64,000 nucleotides of DNA. It comes from Octopus vulgaris. Lineage: Eukaryota. The position numbers and the translations under genes were made by a program. This document shows, piece by piece, positions 26,587 through 38,855 of the stretch. The notes below the pieces were generated by a model that searched no databases, had not been told where the DNA came from, and saw nothing but the letters and a program-made list of their open reading frames with translations. The stretch is from contig OX597835.1 of NCBI GenBank assembly GCA_951406725.2, forward strand, positions 47,244,001 to 47,308,000. The letters run 5' to 3'. Numbering within the stretch: position 1 is the stretch's first letter; every line of letters begins with the position of its first letter.

Positions 26587-26716
26587 CCTCCTTCTTTCTT
26601 TCATTTCTTGAGCATCCAATAACATTATACTTGTTCCACGTCCTCGCGTTATTGTGTTTTCTCTTTGTGTTTTCATGTTTGGATTAACTATATATATTTA
26701 TATATACACATACGTT

Positions 26717-27023
26717 GAGGCGCAATGGCCTAGTGGTTAGGGCAGCGGACTCGCTGTCGTAGGATCGCAGTTTCAATTCCTAGACCGGGCGTTGTGAGTG
26801 TTTATTGAGCAAAAACACCTAAAAAGCTCCACGAGGCTCCGGCAGGGGGTGGTGATCCCTGCTGTACTCTTTCACCACAACTTTCTCTCACTCTTTCTTC
26901 TGTTGGCCTGCTCGCTTAGCCAGTGGGGTGGCGTCATTTGAAGGCTATAACAATGCAAACGCATTGTGACCAGCGATGTGTAACTATATCTGATAGCCTG
27001 GTCGGTCACGGTGATCACGGTGA
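26717..27023 (+). mobile_element. tRNA-derived SINE
   Basis: A box TGGCCTAGTGG, B-box-like GTTTCAATTCC, tail gtgaccagcg..ggtcacggtgatcacggtga. Related decayed copy at ~16597-16830. Confidence 0.75.
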
Positions 27024-27496
27024 TATACACATATATGCATATACAAATAAATATGTATATAGACACACACACACATGCTCAGATATAAAACAAACACACT
27101 TCAAGGCCCAGGTGTATAATTTTCCATCCACTCACAGATGAAAGACAATTTGTAGTCAAACAGTTACATTCCTGAGAGGTCATGCTTCTTCAATAAGAGA
27201 ATCTACAGTTCACATTGATGCAAAGTATTATACACTCTACCTTCACATAATGCATTATACACAAGGATATCATAGTTACAAAGCAAACTTCTTAACCATT
27301 TGATCGTACTGCATCTACATACAAACACACATATATACATACATACATATATCTGTTATGTAGGTAGTGAGGGTAAATGCCAGCTGTTTCCTTTTGAAGC
27401 ACATCTGCATATATCATTATTACAATCCAGTATGTAGTCTCAGTTGCTGTTATATATTAGTTATATATAGATATATATATATATATATATAGATAG

Positions 27497-27528
<32 letters not shown>

Positions 27529-28110
27529 GGAATGAGAAAGTAATAGAGAGTGGATAGAGAAAGTGATAGAGAGAGAAAAGAGAGAAGGACAGAAAGCAAC
27601 AACTCATCAGAGAGCAAGAGTATAGTTAGACTAGGGGCACAGGAGTAGACTGTTCTATTGATCTTGTCGTTAAATGGAAAATACCAACAGCATTTACAAT
27701 GGTCCACCTGTGTGTGTGTGTGCATCAAATGCAATTTTTATAATTATAAATTATTTTTGTAATCAAAAATAATCTTTATAATTGTAATCATTTTTATAAT
27801 TATAAATCATTTTTATAACTATAATTATTTTTATGATCATAATTATTTTAAAAATTATTTTTTATAATTATTTTCATAATTATTTTTATAATTATAATTA
27901 ATTGTATTGAAAAAATTAAAATATTCTGTGTATAGTAGAAATGTAAGCAATTTATTGCAGATAAATTTTAATGAAATCTTTTGTTGACCCTCTGGGGCAA
28001 TATGGACCCCCTAAGGGCCATATTGACCCCTAACGGTCATATGGACCCCAGCTGAGAACTCCTGGCCTAGACTAATAAAATGGAGCAAAAAACAAAAGGC
28101 AAGTAGTTAC

Positions 28111-28272
28111 CTGTATGGATGGAAGCCCTGCTGATTGAACCTTTGTCGATGGCAGAGATAAGGGGTCGATGAGGTAGGTTTAGGGAGAGCATCAGTGGCA
28201 ACATGGAGATGGAATGTCCTGTTAGGGACACAGGGATGTGAAGAGATGGAACATTGTTTGTGCTGGATAACA
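28111..28272 (-). CDS. PRDM4: PRDM4-like exon, N-terminal region
   Basis: ttgcag|TG TTA ... ACA G|gtaact, 162 nt, phase 1-1. Encodes LLSSTNNVPSLHIPVSLTGHSISMLPL. Confidence 0.72.
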
Positions 28273-28692
28273 CTGCAAGTAGAAGAACGGTCAGACACTA
28301 GTTGGTAACAGAGCAACCATAAAAGCTTTTGTGGTGGTGGTGGTGGTAGTGGTGGTTTTGTGGTGATGTAGTAATAGTGTATAGTGTGATGGTGATGGTA
28401 TGGGTGCAGTAGTATTGTGTGCATGTGTGGTGGTGTTTGTGAGTGTCTGAGTGATGGTGGAGTGGTATTTGCATGTGGTATTGTAGTGGTAATAGTGGTG
28501 GCGATGGTTGTAGTGGTGTGGTGGTGATTGTGGTGATCGTGGAGACTGAGGCGGTAGCAGCGGCTGTGGTTGTGGTGGTGGTGTGTGGTTGTATCATGGT
28601 GTTAATGTGGTAGTAGCAGTTGTAGTATGGTGTATAGTATATAGTGCTGTGGTGGTGGTGGCATAGATGATACAACAACAACAACAACTTAC

Positions 28693-28954
28693 ATCCAGAA
28701 GCCTGTGTCTGTAGAATCTGAGGTAGACAGGTGTCTGTGGCAGTTTGGTTATCAGCAGCAGTGTTGCCGCCAGCCGCGGCATCCGCAATGGTTGACACAG
28801 CTGGGCTGGAAGCCAGATGGTTCACATTTGGTAAAGAAGGTGCAGCAGAAGCAGCATCAGATGAAACCTCGACCATTGAGTCCACAACACAGGTCAGCTG
28901 GTCAACGTTGACCGGCAGGGTGAAGCTTTCTGCCATTGCTGAGGAACTCATCAT
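28693..28954 (-). CDS. PRDM4: PRDM4-like probable first coding exon (MMSSSAMAESF...)
   Basis: Polypyrimidine acceptor tttcccag| at 28965/28964, ATG at 28954, donor GGA T|gtaagt at 28693, phase 1. The start codon is uncertain. Confidence 0.72.
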
Positions 28955-29744
28955 TGCCGTTTCACTGGGAAAGAAAAAGAGAGGAAGGAATAAGTCCCTG
29001 GTCATTGAGTTTGATAATCATGCAGACATCGGACATGGACATCTCAGCTGGGATTTGGAGAAGAGGCCTCTTGGAGTTAATCAACAGCAGCTTTAGTCTT
29101 ATATTTATGGACTGCCATATTAGCTTGGCGATGACTGCTAATCATCATTATCATCATCATCGTTTAACGTCCGCTTTCCATGCTGGCATGGGTTGGACGG
29201 TTCAACTGGGGTCTGGGAAGCCAGAAGGCTGCACCAGGCCCAGTCTGATCTGGCAGTGTTTCTACAGCTGGATGCCCTTCCTAACGCCAACCACTCCATG
29301 AGTGTAGTGGGTGCTTTTTATGTGCCACCGACACAGGTGTCAGACGAGGCTGGCAAACGGCCACAATCGGATGGTGCTTTTTACGTGCCACCGGCATACA
29401 CACACACATGTATGTGTGTGTGTAAAGTGAAGAAATTACTGGTATTCAGTATTTATTTGTTTATTCTTTATATCTAATTAAGGTGGTGTGCTGGCAGAAA
29501 CGTTAGCATGCTGGATGAAATGTTTAATGATATTTCGTCTGTCTTTACATTCAGAGTTCAAATTCTGCCGAGGCCAACTTTGCCTTTCATCCTTTTGGGG
29601 TTGATAAATTATGTACCAGTTGCATACTGGGGTTGATCTAATCAACTGGTCTTCTCTCCAAAAAATTTCGGGCCTTGTGCCTAGAGTAGAAACGATTCTT
29701 TTTATCTATTTTATTCAATAGGAGAGTTTAGTAAAGCAAGTTAG

Positions 29745-30243
29745 ACTTGCTGCCTTCATTTCAGTTTCCTTGTCTGTCCTCATCTATGATCATGGATGTT
29801 GAGTAATGATCAAAGAGAGTACGACCACGAATACAAGAAGGTGAAATGGGAGACCCCCAGGGTGGCAGGGTGGGTCTCTGAAGGAACATTAGTCAACAGG
29901 ATGCACAGCTCGGAGATCAGGGAGTCATTCTTGGTTGAGTACTTACTTCTTTGCATTGAGAGGTCACGGCTTTGGTGCTATAGACATGTGATTAGAATGT
30001 CGGAGGAAAGAATCACAAAATGGATTCTTCAAGCCGAGCCAACCAGCAGGAGACACAGGGTAGACTAATGAATGAGATGATTGAATAATATTCATAGTGT
30101 CAGTTGGTTGGTCATGTTTGAGAATTCAACAAGAAAGCCCAATGACAGTTGCTTCTGACAGGACCCAATGGAGGGCAGCGTCTGAGGACTCTACCCTTAA
30201 AACACCTTCAGGAATCATGGGCAGAGAAGATGGATGGATGGAT
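29745..30243 (+). mobile_element. decayed RTE (Expander/Rex3-like) LINE 3' fragment
   Basis: RMHSSEIRESFLVEYLLLCIERSRLWCYRHVIRM..ERITKWILQAEP, ending in (ATGG)n. Confidence 0.7.
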
Positions 30244-30279
30244 AATTTGAAGAGAGACAAAAACAAGATTATATGTAAA

Positions 30280-30314
<35 letters not shown>

Positions 30315-31898
30315 ATAATAAAATTCTACAACAAACGCTCGTCACCAAACTTGGATGCCTGGAGGGTACTTCAGAATATTCTGGGTGGGTGGGCATCAAT
30401 TTTGGTAAACTGTATTTTCAAAATCTGAGGGTGCATCATTGAATACTGAAGGTGGAGTGCATCTCCTTAGCAATGGACAAGCTACATCAAAAATGAACAA
30501 AAAAACCAAGAGAAACACAGCTCGTTTTTCTTGTCCCCTTTACAAGTGTCCATCAGTGGAAGTGTGCGTGTACTTTATCTTTTATTTGTTTCAGTGATGG
30601 TAGCTCAGCTGGGGCACCACCTTGAAGGATGTTACTCAAACAAATCAACCCCTGTACTTTTTTTTTAAAGCCTGCTGGTACTTATTCCGTCAATCTATTT
30701 TGCTGAACTTCTAAGATACGAGGACGTAAACAAACCAACACCAGTTGTCAAGCACTGACATGGAACAGACACACACACCTGTGTGTGTGTGTGTACGACA
30801 GGCTTCTTTCAGTTTCCGTCTACCAGATCTACTCATGAATATGTGGTCAGCCCGAGGCAAAGTAAAAGACACTTGCCCAAGGTACCACGCAGTGGGACTG
30901 AACCCGGAACCACGTCGTTGGGAAACAAACCCCCATAACACAAAGCCACGTCTGCGCCTATATTTCGTTAGATGGGGGAGGGGGTCGTGTGCCTTTTATT
31001 TTCTTCTTCAGAGCCTCTTCTAACGTTAACTTCGTGTGTGAGCGTGAACATAGAATGTATGTGCGTGTGTGTGTGTGTAAATAGAATGTGTGTGTATGTG
31101 TGTGTGTATTGTTTTGCTTAGCTTCGTACCACCGGTCATCAGAAGAAACGAAACTATTTTCAGTTTGACAAAGTGAAAGTGGACTCCTAAATACGCGGTC
31201 CCAACTACCTCAACCACAACTTCACTACTAAATAAATGGGTTGGTCACAGATGGAATGTCTTTAACCATAGGACTGTACTAACAGCACCATCACGCAAAA
31301 GATCAAATAGAAAAGCCTCTCTGTGGTCGCTCTACAGACTAGAGATAACAGTCAAATCCCTTTTGTTGCATATTATGCAGTCTTAAAAACCAAGGGGGAA
31401 GAACTCATCGAATAATTGGATCCTGAATATACTGCACCTAAAAAAAGACTGGGGTGGCATGGCTGGAACGTATTTTCTCACAGTTCTACTCCGTTATTAA
31501 TTAGAGGCAACTTTTACCTGATCATCCTCTTTACTTCATTCGAGAAGGAGCAAAATTAATGTCTAAAATCAAATAAAGAAAATCAAAAACAGGAAAAAGT
31601 CCAAGATATACATACGTTTAAATGAGAAATAAAACCAGAGACGGGTTGCTGAGGGCCTGGATGCTTTTGGTCCGTGAGTCTGATCGATCGATGTTGATCG
31701 GGGGACAAAAGCACCAAAGACATGAATAACTAATTAACTAATTAAACACCTTTAAAAACTAATTGAATAAATCATCATTAAATAATAAACTAGAAATAAC
31801 GATAATCATAACTACAGTAAGATCGGAGGTAGTGGTGGGGAAAACTAGTGGCGGTGCAGCCTGGAATCGAAACATCGTCCTTTGTTATCGCAGCTTAC

Positions 31899-31990
31899 CT
31901 CTTTCATGTTTAATTGCGTCAAACACCGTTTGAATTAACGACGGTGTCAGGCCAAACTAGTTCACTGTACATATTCATTCCATACAGACT
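31899..31990 (-). other. candidate upstream (5'UTR) exon of the PRDM4-like gene
   Basis: Strong donor AG|gtaagc at 31899/31898 in non-repetitive, CpG-containing sequence. The 5' limit is a guess. Confidence 0.35.
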
Positions 31991-32305
31991 TTTGCATTTG
32001 CGTACTTTTGTCACGGTTTGTCATATTTGTTTGGCTTTGATAGAACCGAACTGGTCAAACTAAAGGGTTTGACCAGAACCAAAAAATAGTGTAACAGATG
32101 TACAACAACATGTAGTAAACGAATATGAAAAAAAATGTGCGCTGGCGAACGTGGGGTGTATATACATACACACACATATGTCTGTGATTTGCATGCTATG
32201 TACATATATAGAGAGTGGGCTGGAAATAATTATATATATATAAATATATAAATACATACGCGCACACACACATATACATAATACATGCATACATGCGTGT
32301 ATATG

Positions 32306-32343
<38 letters not shown>

Positions 32344-32394
32344 CATACGCGCACACACACATATACATAATACATGCATACATGCGTGTATATG

Positions 32395-32433
<39 letters not shown>

Positions 32434-32587
32434 TATATTACATAATCTGGTGCCTGACTGAGGATACAGGGCTTCGAATGACCCGTCCTCCTTGTTTTCT
32501 TTGTATCGTCTATCTGGATGTTTTGTTGTCCCTTTTTGTATCACCTAATTGTCCAGATGTTTTGCGTTCTTGTCCCATTTTGTATTT

Positions 32588-32627
<40 letters not shown>

Positions 32628-32664
32628 CAACACCTTATATCTCTACTAGTATGTGTGTGTGTGT

Positions 32665-32710
<46 letters not shown>

Positions 32711-32711
32711 T

Positions 32712-33020
32712 CAATAGCATAGCTATTGATTGTAGCAGGTGGAGAAGGATTGTGCATGAGGGGACAGCCACGTTTGAGAAATCTCGAGTTGCACATGAGA
32801 AAGTAAGGAGGGATATCAGGAAGGGCATCGCTGTTACACTTCCAGAAGGGAAGGGTCTTCCTTTGATTCTGACATGCAATGTCTGTGCAAGACCCTGCCT
32901 CAGTAAAGCTGGACTCATGAGTCATCTTCGTAGTCATAAAACAAGACAGATGAGTGACAACCTGGCCACTGGTGGTGGTGTAACACACCATACTAATCAT
33001 ATCTGTCGGCATGTGGAAGA
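32712..33020 (+). mobile_element. LINE (RTE/BovB-like) C-terminal fragment with terminal C2H2 finger
   Basis: AIDCSRWRRIVHEGTATFE...LTCNVCARPCLSKAGLMSHLRSH, abutting (TG)n. Confidence 0.7.
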
Positions 33021-34403
33021 GAGTGTGATTCGGCAGGAGGACTTAAACGACATGCAAAGGTACATGAAGCCCAATTACAACTACAGCCGGCTATTACCAG
33101 TAAAGGTTTCAGTTGCCAATTCTGTACAAGACATTGTAGATCTTTAGCTGGGCTAAAAAGTCACATTTGATCACAGCACCAGTAACAGTTAAGCTTCGTG
33201 CAATGGCCATACTCGATAACGAGGGGGGGGGCAGCCATAATGTATGTATGTATGACGACTTTCTGCCTATATCCAAGAAATGGACCACGTACAGTGGTAT
33301 GTATAAATTATTTTCAAAGCACAATTTCTGTAATTCATTGTGGTAGCATACGTTTCTGTTTGAGAAAGGACTTGTTTGTACCTAGAACTATGACCGAAGA
33401 TGTTCCATCCGTGGCTATTCCACCTCGTTTCTTTTCGAAAATCAGGTGTCTAGGACAATATTAGGCATTCCTACGCAGGTGTGCACCACCACTACCACCA
33501 CCATACCGACTTTGCTCATAGCTTCTTGGAAAAAAAGTTCTATTACTTGCTTCAGTCATTTGACTGTGGCCATGCTGGAGCACCGCCTTTAGTCGAACAC
33601 GTCAACCCCAGGAATTATTCTTCGTAAGCCTAGTACTTATTCTATCAGTTTCGTTTGCTGAACCGCTAAGTTACGTGGACGTAAACACATCAGCATCGGT
33701 TGTCAAGCGATGGTGGGGGGTGGGACAGTTTAAAAACTGTTCTCTACAATCTTCCTCATCATCATCATCTCTCTCTCTCTCTCTCTTTCTCTCTCTTTCA
33801 CACACACACATACTTTACAAGACTATAGTGTGCTGCCGCCGCTACTGCTGCTGCTGCTGCTGCTGCCACCGCTGCCGCTGCTGCTGGTTGCTACAGTTGT
33901 GAAACTGCATCCCTTGTCGACTTGTTGCCAGGACCGGCACGAGGTGAATTCCTTCGCCAATCCTGGATCTGTAACTGGTAGCCATCTAGAAACTAAGGAC
34001 CGGCTGATCTTATTGCTGTCTCAGCTGCTCTCCGCTGCCCTCCTTGCTTTTCCCTCTCCATTTGTCAACCAGCTCCACTTCTTTAGAACAAAAACCCTCA
34101 AATGGCCTTTAGTATCACAGGTATAACTGCGAGGGCAATAGAATTGAATTCGATCTCGCGTTTTGCCACATAAAAATCACAGTTCAGTCATGAGCACAAC
34201 CAAGATTTTATCCAATGAACAGCCGTTGTTCACCCGATAGTTCGGTGGTCTGACTAGAATCTTCCGTGGATGAGGCCTACAATTACAGCCAAAAATGAGC
34301 GCCAAAAGTTCACAATGTCTCGAATCGTGTTTGGCGAACACCCTTCAAGAAGCTATTTTCACAGCTGCATATTCAACCTGGAATGATCGAAAAAGATACA
34401 CCA

Positions 34404-34619
34404 CGAGAGGGTGTTGAAAAGTTCCTGGCTTTAAAAGTGTCACGAAAGGCCTGGTTGGAGGCCCAACCTTCCAAGTTCTTCGACAGGGTTTAGAATAACT
34501 GAAGGACCGCAGTAATAAGTGTGTGAATCTGAATGGGGATTATGTTGAATACAATTATGATTAACTGATCCTCCTCTATTTTCTTTACTTAAAGCCAGGG
34601 ACTTTTAAGCAAACCCTCG
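34404..34619 (+). mobile_element. internally deleted mariner element
   Basis: Imperfect TIRs cgagagggtgttgaaaagttcctggcttta / taaagccagggacttttaagcaaaccctcg. Residual KCVNLNGDYVE matches the mariner transposase C-terminus. Confidence 0.7.
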
Positions 34620-34883
34620 AATTTTATACGTAAAAAGTCTATGTATTGTATGAACACTTTTCCTATTAATATAACAAATAAATTATTTCCCAATGCATGA
34701 AGAAGCCTTCCTTGTTACAAGACTTCCATCATGCGCCATCAGTCCCATTCCTCAGTAAGGAATGGCTCTCGCATGGCTTTGTGTCTTTTGTTCATCGTTA
34801 ATACTTACAAATCCATTCGTCTCGTGTCACCTCTTCACTAACCATAATCGCCCACAATGCGATTCAAAGATGACAACCGTCCG

Positions 34884-35320
34884 AAGGCGGTGAGCTGGCA
34901 GAAACGTTAGCACGCCGGGCGAAATGCTTAGCGGTATTTCGTTTGCCGTTACGTTCTGAGTTCAAATTCCGCCGAGGTCGACTTTGCCTTTCATCCTTTC
35001 GGGGTCGATTAAATAAGTACCAGTTGCGCACTGAGGTCGATTTAATCGACTTAATCCGTTTGTCTGTCATTGTTTGTCCCTTCTGTGCTTAGCCCCTTGT
35101 GGGTAATAAAGAAATAGGTATTTCGTCTGCCATTACGTTACGAGTTCAAATTCCGCCGAGGTCGACTTTGCCTTTCATCCTTTTGGGGTCGATAAATTAA
35201 GTACCAGTTACGCACTGAGGTCGATTTAATCGACTTAATCCGTTTGTCTGTCATTGTTTGTCCCTTCTGTGTTTAGCCCCTTGTTGGTAGTAAAGAAATA
35301 GGTATTTCGTCTGTCTTTAA
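34884..35320 (+). mobile_element. tRNA-derived SINE family A (Meta-domain-like core), concatemer
   Basis: Head aaggcggtgagctggcagaa..gagttcaaattcc and core gcctttcatcctttcggggtcgat. Many other copies, e.g. ~6340-6535, 7135-7345, 8110-8325, 8795-9005, 10500-10692, 14735-14946, 23265-23480, 29480-29695, 37255-37660, 37995-38455, 45902-46110, 52212-52390, 54520-54900, 59237-59452. Confidence 0.85.
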
Positions 35321-36010
35321 TCTCACACTGGCAACAGCGAAATAAAATCAAAACAACTAAACCTGAGAAAGGAGTGATCTCTCGCATTCCGGTGCCTATC
35401 GAATCGGAACAAGTTGACACGAGCAAAGCTAACGAAACGCCGATAAGATATTCGACTTCCCAGAAGTACTGCTTGTGACCTCGGCTATTGTTTGAAAGCC
35501 CGTCACGTGGTTCAAAGTAAAATTGGGAGGATTCCGCAAAAATTCTATGAATTTACTCACAATGACACACACACACGCGTAATTAAATTACAATTAAAGC
35601 TATGATTAAAGTACAGCACTTATACACATAACACACTCTCTCTCTTTCTCTATCTCTCTCTTTCTCACTCTCTTTATCTCTCTCTTACTTTCTCTCTCTT
35701 TCTCTCTCTTTCTTTCTCTCTCTCTCTCACACACATACATTAACACACACGAGAAGTGATCGCATTCTAAGTATTGCTATGTTAAATATGTGCAAGAAGG
35801 AAGGTCACAGTTGCCGAAAATCAATGGCACTCCACCACCACCACCACCGCCGCCATTTTCGTCGTCGTCGTCGTCATCATCATCATCATCACCGAACAGT
35901 CCTCATATCAAGGGAACACCTTAACAAAGCTACTTCCTCTCGTGGACAACAATATAAAAACTTCTAACGAGACAAAAGTCTCCCATTTTTGTGTTTTTAA
36001 ATCTTTTACT

Positions 36011-36539
36011 TGTGAGGTATATTTGCCATCTCAATATGGCTAACCACTAAGGGTGGATGTTACTGTAGCTTGTAACCCCAGGAGAACATCTCCTCCAGCT
36101 GGCTATAGGCACACTTTCTGTGCCCTTATGGTATTTGCAAAGGGAGGTCATCCTTCCCTCGTCAACCTAAGTGATACGCACGGACTGCAGTTTCTAGGTA
36201 TGGATCTGTCATCAGCGTACGACACTCACCGGTTTTCGATGAAAAGGCGTTCCAATGCAAATACTTGTATCATTTTTCCTGTAACTTTTCGTCCCTGATC
36301 TTGAAAAAATGATATAAGTATTTGCATTGGGACGCTGATGACAGGTCCATACCTAGAAACTGCAGTCCGTGCGTATCACTTAGGTTGACGAGGGAAGGGT
36401 GACCTCCCTTTGCAAATACCATAAGGGCACAGAAAGTGTGCCTAAAGCCAGCTGGAGGAGATGTTCTCCTGGGGCTACAAGCTACAGTAACACCCACCGT
36501 TTGTGGTTAGCCATATTGAGATGGCAAATATACCTCACA
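36011..36539. mobile_element. palindromic foldback/MITE-like element with TGT...ACA ends
   Basis: Outer arms 36011-36218 and 36332-36539 are nearly exact reverse complements. No clear TSD. Confidence 0.8.
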
Positions 36540-36793
36540 TTGTCCTGCAGTTACTGTTTATACCTCGTTCAGAGATTTATTATTAATCTTTTACTTGTTT
36601 CAGTTATTTGGTTGCAGTTATACTGGCGGAGCGGAGGTGGGGGGAAATGGGGGTTACACCAGCTGGAATGGTTTTAACCGGACGAACGGCCCCAGTACTT
36701 GTCTTATCGGTCTCCGTTGTCGAACTGTTAAGTTACGGGGACGTAAGCAAGCCAAAACGAGTTGTTAGATGGCTACGGCGGGGCACAACATAT

Positions 36794-36831
<38 letters not shown>

Positions 36832-38761
36832 GTGCGCGCGCGCGACGGCTTTATACAGAGTTTCCGTCCACCGCAAGGCTTTGGTCAGGTTGGGGCTATA
36901 GTAGAAGACACTTGTCCAAGGTGCCCCGCAGTGAGACTGAACCCGGAACCTTGTGGTTGGGAAGCTACCTTATTACCACACAGCCACTCCTCTCCATAAT
37001 CGATCTTCAAAATCACTTCTTACATCTTAAGTAATCAATTTCCCGTTGCATTTGGTATTTATGCTCTAACTCTTGTGACTGATGAAAAAAGGTGATAAAA
37101 AGATCGATCTTAAGACATTATTATGACAGTCCTTCCTCGCCGACCCCTCAAAGTATGGCACATAAAAAGGGAGACCAAAAATGTCCACACAATACCCATA
37201 GGTCCTACTGTCGTTATTTTCTGGAACTTGCCTGGCTACCATGATTAATAATCTGTGAGGCAGTGCGCTGGCCGAATCGTTAGCGCGTCGGACAAAATGC
37301 TTAGTAGTATTTTCCCCAGCTCTTTACTCTCTGAGTTCAAATTCCGCCGAGGTCGACTCTGCCTTTCATCCTTTCGGGGTCGATTAAATAAGTACCAGTT
37401 ACGCATTAGGGTCGATATAATCGACTTAATCCGTTTGTCTGTCCTTGTTTGTCCTCTCTGTGTTTGGCCCCTTGTGGGTAGTAAAGAAACAGGTATTTTC
37501 CCCAGCTCTTTTCTTTCTGCCGAGGTCAACTTAGCCTTTCATTCTTTCGAAATTGATAAGGTACCAGTCAAAGACTGGGATCGAGGTAATCGACTAATCC
37601 CCCATCCCACCCCCAAAATTTAAGGTTTCGTGCCCTTGTACCTGTAGCAGAAAGGATAATTAGCATTCTTGTGAGACGCTAATCAGACGCAGAATCGTTT
37701 AAGCCTCGAACAAAATGCTGAGTGACATTTTTTCCAGTTCTTTACGCTTTACGATCTGAGTTCAAATCCCGCCGAGGTCGACTTTGCTTTTCATTATTTC
37801 GAGATCGATAAAATAAATACCAGTCAGATATTGAGGTCGATATAATCGATAGCTAGTTCTCCTGCAATCCCTAGGCCTGTGCCAAAATGTCTGTTATTAT
37901 TTTACCGTCAGTCTTCAACAGAAACGGTTGTGTGTCATTACAGTTGTAACCAATCACAAAGATTGCTACATGTCCTCTTTGTGAACATATAATCTTTTCT
38001 ACTCTAGGCACATGGCCCGAAATTTGAGGGGAGGAGCCCAGTCGGTTAGATCGACCCCAGTACGCAACTGGTACTTAATTTATCGACCCCAAAAGGATGA
38101 AAGGCAAAGTCGACCTCGGCGGAATTTGAACTAAGGACGTAAAGACAGACGAAATACCGCTAAGCATTTCACCCGGTGTGCTAACGTTTATACCAGCTCG
38201 CCGCCCTTTGTGGACATGTATTTATTTCTTAATTGCCCACAGGGAGCTAAACGTAGAGGGGACAAACAAGGACAACCAAGGGGATTAAGTCGATTACATC
38301 GACCCCAGTACGCAACTGGTACTTATTTAATCGACCCCGGAAGGATGAAAGGCAAAGTCGACCTCGGTGAAATTTGAACTCTGAGCATAAAGACAGATGA
38401 AATACCGCTAAGCATTTCACCCGGCGTGTTAACGTTTCTGCCAGCTCTCAGCCTTTTTGTTAATATATATTACACATTCCTTAACTACTGTCATGTTTTA
38501 ATTCACTAAAATTCCTTTGCTTTTCAACTATTTGTTACAATATCTTTAATTAACCCGGCATTGTCCTCTCTTCTTTTTTTGTCGTATTTATGATGGGTTT
38601 CCTGTCTCCTGATTTGCTTTTGTGCAAAATTTCCAGTCTTTTCCCATTGTCATCTTATAAGAAATATTAAAGTTCATATTTGTCTGTCTGCCTGTCTAAA
38701 CTATTTGTCAATTTAATGTCTAATCTGTCGATCTATTTAGTTTAATCTATCTAATCTCTCC

Positions 38762-38836
<75 letters not shown>

Positions 38837-38855
38837 CATACATACACACACACAC

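Noticed and set aside
32860-32940. C2H2 finger as a possible PRDM4 or other gene exon
   Set aside because: Opposite strand to PRDM4 and embedded in a LINE C-terminal context.
33830-34126. Signal-peptide-like ORF (MLPPLLLL...)
   Set aside because: The Leu run comes from a (CTG)n repeat, the start is not ATG, and there is no supporting homology.
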